Assembly (NCBI GenBank): GCA_965661285.1
Contig: CBFIDD010000001.1
Span: 511,395-575,394 of the forward strand
Reading direction: 5' to 3'
Origin: Poseidonia sp.
Lineage (GTDB): Archaea > Thermoplasmatota > Poseidoniia > Poseidoniales > Poseidoniaceae
Length of the DNA stretch: 64,000 bases
The notes under the pieces are model-generated. The model worked only from the letters and a program-made list of their open reading frames with translations. It was not told the origin of the DNA and did no database searches. A program made the position numbers and the translations under genes. Shown here piece after piece: positions 35,510 to 43,512 of the stretch; within the stretch, counting starts at the first letter, position 1, and each line of letters begins with the position of its first letter.

Positions 35510-37036
35510 ATGCGAGCCAGCCAAAAAGCACTGGCCGTACTGATGCTCTCGGTTCTCCTGATGGCGCCCGCTTCTGCCTATCTTGGTAAACAGTTGGCAC
35601 GCGGTCCGGTAGATGACTTCACGCTCCTCGACCACAAGGGCGAGTCGTACACCTTTGGAACGGACGCTGAAGGCGTGGTCGTCGTTTCGTTCATCTTCAC
35701 CCGATGTCCGGATGTTTGTCCGGTGCTGACGCAGAAATTGATTGCAGTGGACGGGGAACTCAGCGATGAGGAGCGGGAGGACGTCACCTTCGTTTCCATC
35801 AGCGTTGACCCCGACCACGATACGCCAGAGGTGCTCATGGAATACACCGAGCGCATGGGTGCGTCATGGCCGCATCTCACCGGTTCAACCGAAGAGATGC
35901 AACCGATTTGGGACATGTTTGGGGTGGTGGTTCAACAAAACGTCATCGACATGCACGTGATGGAGTACCAGCCCGGTGAAGCCTCCGTCACCGTGGTGGA
36001 CACCGGCAACAACAGTTCTCAACACATGTTCGCTTGGTCGGGATGGAGCATCACACAAACGATGGCATCGACGGCCAATTTGAGCCTCAACACCTCCGTG
36101 CACAGCGAATACGGAACCACCGTCCACGGCATCAACGGCGTGGATTCACCGTCCGACTGGTCGTGGTGGTGGGAGCTCAACCTTTGGAATGCCACCAACA
36201 GCTCCTGGGAACCATCCGATGTTGGCGTGGACAGCGTGGACGGGTTGGACCATCCACACATCGCCTGGTTGCCCTCAAACGGCAATCGAAGTGCGCTTTC
36301 GCCACCCCACGATGACCATGCGACAAGCTTGAGTGTGCAGTGGCCCAACGGTACGCAAGAACAGTTCGGGCAGGAGGCGTTCAACGCCTACCACATCACG
36401 CAAGGTGCGCTCAACGGGGCCGACGTGAACACGTCCATTGAACTCACAACCTACGGACACTACCTCTCAAGCCTCGGTGACGAAGACGCCCCTGACGATT
36501 ATGCGTGGTGGTGGAACCTCTACGGATGGAATGCAACCGACGAAATGTGGGAATCCTCCAGCGTCGGCATGGACGATTTCAGCGAACCGCTGCACCTCGC
36601 TTGGGCACCCTCCTACACCAATGCCTCAACCATACCAGCCCCAACCGTTGAAGCCTCTGATGAAACGGTCTGCAACGGACATGGATGGGAAATGGGCAGC
36701 GGCGAATCAAAGCACTGCATGTGCGACAGCGGCTACATCTGGGCCGAGGACGACCAGTTGAGTTGCGTGCCCGAAACCACCGAGGAATACAACGTGGGCC
36801 ATTCCACCATCACCTACATTCTCAACGATGATCTTGAACCAACCGTGGCATGGACCGGCGATGCTTGGCGCGTCGAAGACTTCACGGCCGACGTGAGAGA
36901 ACTCCTTGAGAAGGAACAATTGGGTGGCTACGAAGCCGGTGTGGTGCCCTCAATTTCGTTGTTGATGACCACCATCGCACTGCTTTCAGCCACTGTTTTC
37001 CTTGGCGCACGCCGAGATGAGACGGACGAAGAGTAG
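35510..37036 (+). CDS. SCO1/SenC copper chaperone fused to a Trp-rich tandem-repeat and Cys-rich extracytoplasmic extension with C-terminal TM
   Basis: Signal/anchor, thioredoxin-like Sco core with FIFTRCPDVCP (CxxxC) and downstream His. Two ~47-aa repeats follow (SDWSWWWELNLWNATNSSWEPSDVGVDS...HIAWLPS and DDYAWWWNLYGWNATDEMWESSSVGMDD...HLAWAPS), then a Cys-rich module (CNGHGWEMGSGESKHCMCDSGYIWAEDDQLSCVPE), a TM helix and the short tail RRDETDEE. Confidence 0.75.
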   Translation: MRASQKALAVLMLSVLLMAPASAYLGKQLARGPVDDFTLLDHKGESYTFGTDAEGVVVVSFIFTRCPDVCPVLTQKLIAVDGELSDEEREDVTFVSISVDPDHDTPEVLMEYTERMGASWPHLTGSTEEMQPIWDMFGVVVQQNVIDMHVMEYQPGEASVTVVDTGNNSSQHMFAWSGWSITQTMASTANLSLNTSVHSEYGTTVHGINGVDSPSDWSWWWELNLWNATNSSWEPSDVGVDSVDGLDHPHIAWLPSNGNRSALSPPHDDHATSLSVQWPNGTQEQFGQEAFNAYHITQGALNGADVNTSIELTTYGHYLSSLGDEDAPDDYAWWWNLYGWNATDEMWESSSVGMDDFSEPLHLAWAPSYTNASTIPAPTVEASDETVCNGHGWEMGSGESKHCMCDSGYIWAEDDQLSCVPETTEEYNVGHSTITYILNDDLEPTVAWTGDAWRVEDFTADVRELLEKEQLGGYEAGVVPSISLLMTTIALLSATVFLGARRDETDEE

Positions 37037-37079
37037 GGGGCGAAAGAAGAAAAAGTGGCGCCGCTCCGCCACGGATAGA

Positions 37080-37165
37080 GCAGTCGTCGCATAGCCTGGT
37101 ATTGCGCCGGATTTGAAATCCGGTGTCCCCGTGACTCGGGAGTTCAAATCTCTCCGACTGCGCCA
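37080..37165 (+). tRNA. tRNA-Ser (anticodon UGA), class II with long variable arm, CCA encoded
   Basis: Acceptor GCAGTCG/CGACTGC (7 bp), D-arm GCAT-AGCCTGGTA-TTGC, anticodon arm CCGGA-TTTGAAA-TCCGG (U33, anticodon TGA at 37114-37116, A37). 14-nt variable arm TGTCCCCGTGACTC, T-arm GGGAG-TTCAAAT-CTCTC, discriminator G, CCA at 37163-37165. The reverse strand does not fold as a tRNA. Confidence 0.8.
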
Positions 37166-37223
37166 CTCCGATATCGACAAAAATCAGGGAAGACTTCTCA
37201 AACTCCACCCGCTCTCTCGGGGT

Positions 37224-38687
37224 ATGCGCAGAGGTACCCTCGCCATCTGTCTCATCGCCAGCATGCTTCTGGCTGGTTGCCTCGGACCCTCAACAGCCGA
37301 ATGGGGAACGGGTTCGGGAGCGGTCCAGGTGGACTTCGCCATGGATGGCACCACCGTCAAAAGCACCTTGCTTGGTGAGTCTCGAACCGTAAGCGACCTG
37401 CTCCCGGTCGGTTGCACACCCGGAACAGAAGGCGGCACACTCGAAGCCGGTGCCGGCAGCCCCATCACGTTCACAGGCTATCTTGCTGCAAGTCAGTTTT
37501 ACGACGCGCACGACAGCGTGATGGGCGCCCGGGGTCTTGACGTTGGTGTCACAACTGCGGTTGCGATACAGTCCATGCCCTTTGATGCGGCCGCCTCGGT
37601 GGTTGATGGCGAAGGCGCTCGAATCGATGTCAAGCAATGGGCGCTCCCCCTCCAGCCCGACACGGGTGCGGGAAGCGTTGACATCGATGAAGTCGATTCG
37701 GAGTCCGAAACCGATTGGTTTGTCCTCGGACTGATTCCAACCACGGAAAATCTCCTTGACGGCATGAAGGCCTTGGGCGAGTGGCATCAACCCGTGACGG
37801 TTCACGGTTACCTCGTATCTGCAGCCAACTCGAGTCAAAACGCCTACGGGTACCAAGCCACATGGCACAAAGCCAGCAACGAATGCGCATTGACGGTTGG
37901 ATCGACCAACAAGGAAGACGCCTACGTGCTTGTCTCAAAGATTTCTCTCGACGGCGCCACCGTTTCAGCCAACGGTGAAGCGGACGACGAATGGGTTCAG
38001 GGTGATGTGCCCTTCCTCGGTCGAGGCGGATTCATCATGTTCTTCCTCATTGCTGGCCTTGGCGGTGCCGTCGGCCTGTTCATCGTCTCCAAACAGATGA
38101 TGATGGGGGCAGCCCAGAAGAATATGCGGATCCTCATCGGCGACGAGGGCATGAAGAAGGCGGCCAGTGTCAAAAAGGACGCCAAGGCTGCCAAGAAGGC
38201 AGGTATGGAATCGCCTGAAGATCGTCAACGCCGGCAACAACGCGAACGTCAACAAGTCGAAAAAGAACAGAAGAGAAAACAACCCCCAGCAAAGAGCGAA
38301 CCCAAGAAGAAGGACGAAGACGCCTTGGGTGGATTTGACCTTGACAGCGTGCTGGCATCAACCTCATCGGGCGGACCCGGCGGTTCTGCCCCCAAAGGCC
38401 GAAAGAGTTCGGTGGTCGTCACCGAGGCGGCTCAAGAAATGGAACACATGAATGCACAACAAGAGACGACGACCACAACATCATCCCTTCCTGCTTCGTT
38501 CTCACAGCAGCGCCGAAGTGCACCGCCAACGCAGACACGGTCCGAGCAACCTACAGAAGCCCCCGCCAAGCCCAAGGTCCGACGTCGGAAGGCCGTGAAG
38601 AGGTCTGCTTCCGAACCTGCAGAAGAGCGTGCTCCGCCTGCTGAACACTACGATGACGAAGAGGACTTCTCCGACTTCTCGTTCTAG
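37224..38687 (+). CDS. lipoprotein-like secreted protein with C-terminal TM and long Lys/Glu/Gln-rich cytoplasmic tail (hypothetical)
   Basis: ATG at 37224 gives MRRGTLAICLIASMLLAGC (lipobox-like LAGC). ~270-aa extracytoplasmic domain, TM FIMFFLIAGLGGAVGLFIV, then a ~190-aa charged tail ending HYDDEEDFSDFSF. The ORF track's longer version would overlap the tRNA. Confidence 0.55.
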   Translation: MRRGTLAICLIASMLLAGCLGPSTAEWGTGSGAVQVDFAMDGTTVKSTLLGESRTVSDLLPVGCTPGTEGGTLEAGAGSPITFTGYLAASQFYDAHDSVMGARGLDVGVTTAVAIQSMPFDAAASVVDGEGARIDVKQWALPLQPDTGAGSVDIDEVDSESETDWFVLGLIPTTENLLDGMKALGEWHQPVTVHGYLVSAANSSQNAYGYQATWHKASNECALTVGSTNKEDAYVLVSKISLDGATVSANGEADDEWVQGDVPFLGRGGFIMFFLIAGLGGAVGLFIVSKQMMMGAAQKNMRILIGDEGMKKAASVKKDAKAAKKAGMESPEDRQRRQQRERQQVEKEQKRKQPPAKSEPKKKDEDALGGFDLDSVLASTSSGGPGGSAPKGRKSSVVVTEAAQEMEHMNAQQETTTTTSSLPASFSQQRRSAPPTQTRSEQPTEAPAKPKVRRRKAVKRSASEPAEERAPPAEHYDDEEDFSDFSF

Positions 38688-39742
38688 TTGGGTCGCATGA
38701 TGTGAGCGGCGTGCTTGAGCACCGTCATGCTGAGAGGGGTTGAGCCGATGTTTTCTCCATCGATGTTGATGGCGGTCGGCTCGGCAGTATCGATTTTCAG
38801 CGTGGTAAACCGATGATAATCCACCCGTGGATGGAACACATGTCGGCCTTCTTTTTTGAGCATACCAAAGGCTTTGAGCACGTCTCGACGGGTCATTTTC
38901 TTCAAGATCCCGATGTCCATCAACCCGTCATCGGTGCTCGCACCCGGTGCGAGCGGGAGGAGGGACCCGCCCGTTTGCGTGTTTTGTACCAGAAACAGGG
39001 TGAAGTCATCGGTGATGAAACAGTCGTCCAACGTCAGGGTGGCGGTACGCCTCCGATTTGCCATGATGGCCAGCAGAATCCCCACATCGTAGCGAACAGG
39101 CCCCATCCAACGCATCTTTTCTGCTTGAATCGTTGAATCAACACCCAATCCCCATGTCACGAGATTGTGGCTGTAGCGAATCATCGGCTCGCCCGTCGCA
39201 CCGGGAAGTCCCTCGGTCAACTCAACTTTGGCCAAATCCAGAGCGTGACGCCGCCCGTCCAGAATGGCCTCAATCGCACGGTCGACTGAAGAAAGGTTGA
39301 GGTCGTGCGCATGAGAGTTGCCCGTACCGGCCGGAATAATGGCAAAGGTTTCGCTGACGCCCTTACCGAGGAGCATGCGGCCGGTGATCGCTTCAGAAAG
39401 CGAACCATCACCTCCCACAACGGCGATGACATCGCTCTCTTCCACCACGAGGGCTGAAGCGACTGTGATGAGATGACCGCTGTAGGCAGAATAGCTGGCA
39501 TCGACGTCGACACCCGCATCCTTCAGCCTTTCAATGACGTTTGAGGCAATGTCCCGCCCCTTTTTCTTCCCCGAGAAAGGGTTGACCAAGAGATGAACCT
39601 TGGATGGAGGGCCGTGAGAGGCGCCTGCGTGCTGAAACACATCAGCAAACACGGGGCGGTGGGCACCCTTCTTTCGAGGGCTCGAACCGTCATGGTCGAA
39701 CGCCATTGGTTCCAATAGACCCTCCACAGGTGCGTTGCCCAT
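38684..39742 (-). CDS. diacylglycerol-kinase catalytic-domain lipid kinase (YegS/BmrU/sphingosine-kinase-like)
   Basis: DAGK_cat pattern: VHLLVNPFSGKKKG, VIAVVGGDGSLSEAITG (GGDG). ATG at 39742 chosen (ORF track start 39763 is TTG). Confidence 0.75.
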   Translation of the reverse strand: MGNAPVEGLLEPMAFDHDGSSPRKKGAHRPVFADVFQHAGASHGPPSKVHLLVNPFSGKKKGRDIASNVIERLKDAGVDVDASYSAYSGHLITVASALVVEESDVIAVVGGDGSLSEAITGRMLLGKGVSETFAIIPAGTGNSHAHDLNLSSVDRAIEAILDGRRHALDLAKVELTEGLPGATGEPMIRYSHNLVTWGLGVDSTIQAEKMRWMGPVRYDVGILLAIMANRRRTATLTLDDCFITDDFTLFLVQNTQTGGSLLPLAPGASTDDGLMDIGILKKMTRRDVLKAFGMLKKEGRHVFHPRVDYHRFTTLKIDTAEPTAINIDGENIGSTPLSMTVLKHAAHIMRPN

Positions 39743-39939
39743 GGGTTCCTCAAGGTGTTTCAACCCTTGAATGCTTCTCCATCGCGTGGTTTTTACAATT
39801 ATTCAATATGCATTTAATTTACACCGATATGAATAATTTGCGAGATTTTCCTGCATTTTGCGCTGGAGCCAATGCAAGCAGTCATGAACAAGTGGGGTCT
39901 GGACGGTATGTGGCAGAAGCATGGAGTGATGCAGACCGC

Positions 39940-40944
39940 ATGTTCATGGAACATGCGTTGCTGGTCGCTGAACGAGGGCGTGGCAAGGTCAGCCCCAATC
40001 CTCTGGTCGGCTGCGTTCTCGTCAAAGACGGCGTGGTGATCGCCGAAGGCTGGCACGACCACCTGGGGGGCTTGCATGCAGAGCAGATGGCCATTCACGA
40101 TGCTGAGGAAAAGGGGCATTCGCCAAACGGCTCCACCGCCTACGTTACCCTTGAGCCCTGCAATCACTTTGGCAGAACACCGCCCTGCACAGAGGCCTTG
40201 ATGTGGGCTGGTGTGCGCGAAGTCATCATCGCTGCTCACGACCCAAATCCGACGGTCCGAGGCAACGGCTGCAGTGTGCTGGAGGAGGCGGGCATCCCCA
40301 CTCGCGTCGGCCTGTTGAAAGACGAAGCAAACGAACAAATGCGTGCCTTCATGCACTGGTGTTCACACCGGCGTCCGCTTGTTACGGTCAAGATGGCCCT
40401 CGATGCGAACGGATCGGTCGACGACCGAAGCGAGGAGCCGAAACGATTCACGTCGCGAGGTTGTTTAGAGAAGGTGCACGAATTGCGGCGGGATTGCGAT
40501 GCCGTGCTGGTGGGGGTTGAGACCGTGAATCGAGACGATCCTCAGCTTAACGTCCGCTTGGTGCCCTCAACGCGCCAACCGCTCCGCGTCGTCATCGACC
40601 CCAACCAGCGCATCAAAAACGATGCGCAACTCATCACCGACGGAGGAGAAACGTTGCTTATGCAACGTGAATATTCAGGACTGTCTTCTCTTCTTCATCA
40701 ACTGGCCGACCGAGAGATTCAACGCGTCCTCGTTGAAGGCGGACCGACCACCGTTCACCGGTTTTTAGAGGCCGGGCTGGTGGAGGAGGTCTTCTTGATT
40801 CACAGCACGGTGATGCATAAGCAGCCGGTCCCTGCCAATCTTTCGGCACAAAACCTCAGCGATGCCGGCCTCGCCTTGGCTCATGAATACGTGTGGGGCG
40901 AAGAGCGAGTGGAACATTATCTTCGCACGCCTACTTCAGCGTGA
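39940..40944 (+). CDS. ribD: bifunctional riboflavin biosynthesis protein RibD (pyrimidine deaminase + reductase), fused bacterial-type
   Basis: CDA zinc motifs HAEQMAI and TLEPCNHFGRTPPC in the N-domain; RibD reductase C-domain (LVTVKMALDANGSVD..., VLVEGGPTTVHRF). ATG at 39940 (MFMEHALLVAERGRG) after a 197-bp AT-rich intergenic region. Confidence 0.75.
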   Translation: MFMEHALLVAERGRGKVSPNPLVGCVLVKDGVVIAEGWHDHLGGLHAEQMAIHDAEEKGHSPNGSTAYVTLEPCNHFGRTPPCTEALMWAGVREVIIAAHDPNPTVRGNGCSVLEEAGIPTRVGLLKDEANEQMRAFMHWCSHRRPLVTVKMALDANGSVDDRSEEPKRFTSRGCLEKVHELRRDCDAVLVGVETVNRDDPQLNVRLVPSTRQPLRVVIDPNQRIKNDAQLITDGGETLLMQREYSGLSSLLHQLADREIQRVLVEGGPTTVHRFLEAGLVEEVFLIHSTVMHKQPVPANLSAQNLSDAGLALAHEYVWGEERVEHYLRTPTSA

Positions 40945-41743
40945 GAATCTCGTTCCATCGATGTGAGGAACCTTTGCGAAACAGGCCTTCGTGAAAGGCT
41001 CGCTGCTGCATGTGGACGCACCGTGCGATGCGACCACGATGGTTGTAGCATCCTTGACGCGTGTGAACCACCACGAGAAGCTCATCCAGTGAGATGGCGG
41101 GCCCGGTCGGTGATGGAGGCGGGGTCGAGACCCGCTCGGTTGCCCCATCCCATTCAACATCGCCGGTGGTTGGAGGGGAAAGTTCCCCGTGCTCAAATCG
41201 AACGCCACCTTCGGCGAGTTTCACGGGGCGCCAGGTTGAACGGACGCCGTTGTCCAACCAGTCCCTGATGCGTTTCAGTTGCTCCTTGGTCGCCAAACCG
41301 ATGTGAGAGCGCTCCCACCACCCCGGTGTTCGAGCAAGGGTCACGTGGTGAATTCCGGGATAGGCGTCGCGAGGGTCCAAGCCGTCAGCCCACGTTCTGC
41401 AGATGCCTTCCAAACGAACGGTAAGGAGCGGAAGCGGTCCGAGATTGATGTCTTGGAGCCGATAGGGATTGGCCAATTCCCCTTGGAGCAGGATGGGGCG
41501 CCGTTCTTCGAGAGGCGGGGCCTGTTCATCCGCAAGCAAGGTCTCGAGGGATGCGGTTTTGGTTCCAAATCGCTTGAAGTATGCAAGAAGTTCCGAGCCT
41601 TCGAGAACCTCGTCACCCGCTTCGCCTTCAAAGCCATCCAAGACAAGAAGTGCGTTCTGCGTGAACAGAAGCGATGCCTCCGGCAGGGCCAACGGAGAAT
41701 TGTTCGCAGCGTATGGCCAACGTCGTGGCGAGGTCCCGTTCAT
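40931..41743 (-). CDS. hypothetical protein
   Basis: 270-aa ORF, ATG at 41743 verified; no family recognised. Confidence 0.4.
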   Translation of the reverse strand: MNGTSPRRWPYAANNSPLALPEASLLFTQNALLVLDGFEGEAGDEVLEGSELLAYFKRFGTKTASLETLLADEQAPPLEERRPILLQGELANPYRLQDINLGPLPLLTVRLEGICRTWADGLDPRDAYPGIHHVTLARTPGWWERSHIGLATKEQLKRIRDWLDNGVRSTWRPVKLAEGGVRFEHGELSPPTTGDVEWDGATERVSTPPPSPTGPAISLDELLVVVHTRQGCYNHRGRIARCVHMQQRAFHEGLFRKGSSHRWNEILTLK

Positions 41744-41781
41744 GTGGTGGGCTGCTCAACACCCGTACATGAAACCGTCCT

Positions 41782-42204
41782 TCAATCGGTGTAGGTCGCC
41801 TCGAAGAGGCACGCGGGACATGTCACCTTGATCGGGCGTATATCGGGTATCCCGAGCGCAACACCGCAGGCTGAACACAAAATAGCCTGCTTGACCTGCT
41901 CGCGCCGTTCTTCCGCATCTCGTGTTGGGTCGTATTCAAATCGAAACTGCCGCTTGTCAAGGAGATTGGGGGCTGTCGAGGAGGGTGTTGACGGCAAATC
42001 CGGAACCCCTTTGTGCGATGTATCCCAGGACGGTGCGGGTTGATCGACCGCTGGTGGTGCGGGGGTTGGCATGGTTTGCAGGGCCGCACGAATCGTTGCC
42101 TCGTCCACACCGTAGGCTTTGCACAACCGGTCAATTTCGAGAATTTGGTCGTAGCCGGATAAACCTCTGACCTTTTCCAGCGCTTGTGCGGGAATGGTAG
42201 CCAT
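41782..42204 (-). CDS. small protein with C-terminal Cys4 zinc ribbon (hypothetical)
   Basis: CSACGVALG...CPAC at the C-terminus; helical N-domain; ATG at 42204 verified. Confidence 0.45.
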   Translation of the reverse strand: MATIPAQALEKVRGLSGYDQILEIDRLCKAYGVDEATIRAALQTMPTPAPPAVDQPAPSWDTSHKGVPDLPSTPSSTAPNLLDKRQFRFEYDPTRDAEERREQVKQAILCSACGVALGIPDIRPIKVTCPACLFEATYTD

Positions 42205-42310
42205 GCATCATCGGTGCGGTTTTCTCGCTATATTTGTTGAGGGCGTTCGTGTGTTCAAACTCAAAGTTCCGTGCCGGTGGCAGGGACGGGATTGAGCGAG
42301 GAGAACGAGG

Positions 42311-43462
42311 TTAGATTCCCCAGTAGCGGTCGGCCTGCGCCTGGCGGGTTTGCAGGGTACGGACAACGGTGGTGACCGTCCACAGGACAGCGACCCAAAT
42401 CAAGGGGGTTGTGAGGTCGTTGAGGATCATCTCAACGCTGAACTCATACGACGTTCCACTGAGCACACGAATCGCAATGTCAAGGGCGGCGTTCAAGAAG
42501 GAATACACCACCATACCGAACACGCTCAGCACGATCAAACTGCCCGAAAACGACCCGCGTTTCAAACGGAGAAGCATGAATCCGGCCGTCGACGTCAAGA
42601 AAGCGATGACGGTCCATGCCAGGGAGGAATGAATGACGCTCAGCCACAACACCGATTGGGAGTCGGCGGTGGCTTCCGTAAGGCCGAACGCTCGCCATCC
42701 TTCCGCTACGGCAAAAATAGCGCTGAACAGGGTCGCCGTCCACAACAACGAGGAGAACATGGCAGCATCGGCGTTTTCACGCATTTCTTGGATGACTCGG
42801 TTCACGGTGGATTCGATGCCTGCGCCCTTGCTGAAGATGTAGAGCCCAAGAACCAGCGGCAGGCCACCGATGACCACGCCGCCAATTTCGTTTGGCAGCA
42901 TAATGCCAAGGCCCAAAATTGCCAACACAGCTCCAAATGGAATCATGATTTTTGAACGCCATTTGGGGTCTTCAAGGGCCTTTATGATGTAATAATAGGT
43001 GCTTTCGATGCCTTTGGATTGTTTCACGATGATTTTCTCGACGTGGTCAATGCGAACTTGTGAGGTGATGATGGGGAGGACGCTTTCGTCTTCTGCGCCG
43101 TCCGTCACCAAAATGGCCTGGTCGGGTTGGAAGGCGGACACCACTTCATCCAACTGAGCGGCGATGGCTCGGTCAGAGCGAACCCCTACCTTTTCGTCAC
43201 CGGTCAAAATGGCGATTTCAACATCGTCTTCCTCGGTCTTGCTGTCCGCCAGTTTATCGTGTTGGGAAAGCGCACCAAGAATAGCGTTGGTATCGCTTTC
43301 TTCTGGGTCAGCGATGCCCAGTTTCAACGCCGCGGTGAGGACTTGACGGCGCCCGACAACAGGCCCGCGGATGGAGGTCTTCAGCCCGAGGTCGTTGTCT
43401 CGGTCAACCGTAATCACCAGCGTTCTCGTCATTCGAGCATCCCCGTTTGGTTGACCCACCAT
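42311..43462 (-). CDS. DUF373-like archaeal membrane protein
   Basis: N-terminal soluble domain beginning TRTLVITVDRDNDLGLKTSIRGPVVGR (the characteristic VDRDDDLG start of DUF373 as I recall it), followed by ~6 TM helices. ATG at 43462 chosen (ORF track 43477 is TTG). Confidence 0.5.
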   Translation of the reverse strand: MVGQPNGDARMTRTLVITVDRDNDLGLKTSIRGPVVGRRQVLTAALKLGIADPEESDTNAILGALSQHDKLADSKTEEDDVEIAILTGDEKVGVRSDRAIAAQLDEVVSAFQPDQAILVTDGAEDESVLPIITSQVRIDHVEKIIVKQSKGIESTYYYIIKALEDPKWRSKIMIPFGAVLAILGLGIMLPNEIGGVVIGGLPLVLGLYIFSKGAGIESTVNRVIQEMRENADAAMFSSLLWTATLFSAIFAVAEGWRAFGLTEATADSQSVLWLSVIHSSLAWTVIAFLTSTAGFMLLRLKRGSFSGSLIVLSVFGMVVYSFLNAALDIAIRVLSGTSYEFSVEMILNDLTTPLIWVAVLWTVTTVVRTLQTRQAQADRYWGI

Positions 43463-43512
43463 CGTCCTTTCATTCAAAACCTTGTGCGAAAAGCCACACC
43501 GACCTACCGGAT

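Noticed and set aside
37056-37170. Minus-strand reading of the tRNA region gives an anticodon loop UUUCAAA (anticodon UCA, as in tRNA-Sec/opal suppressor)
   Set aside because: On the minus strand there is no TΨC-type loop (would read ATTTGAA), no GG-containing D-loop and the acceptor pairing is poorer. The plus strand gives a complete class II cloverleaf (tRNA-Ser UGA).
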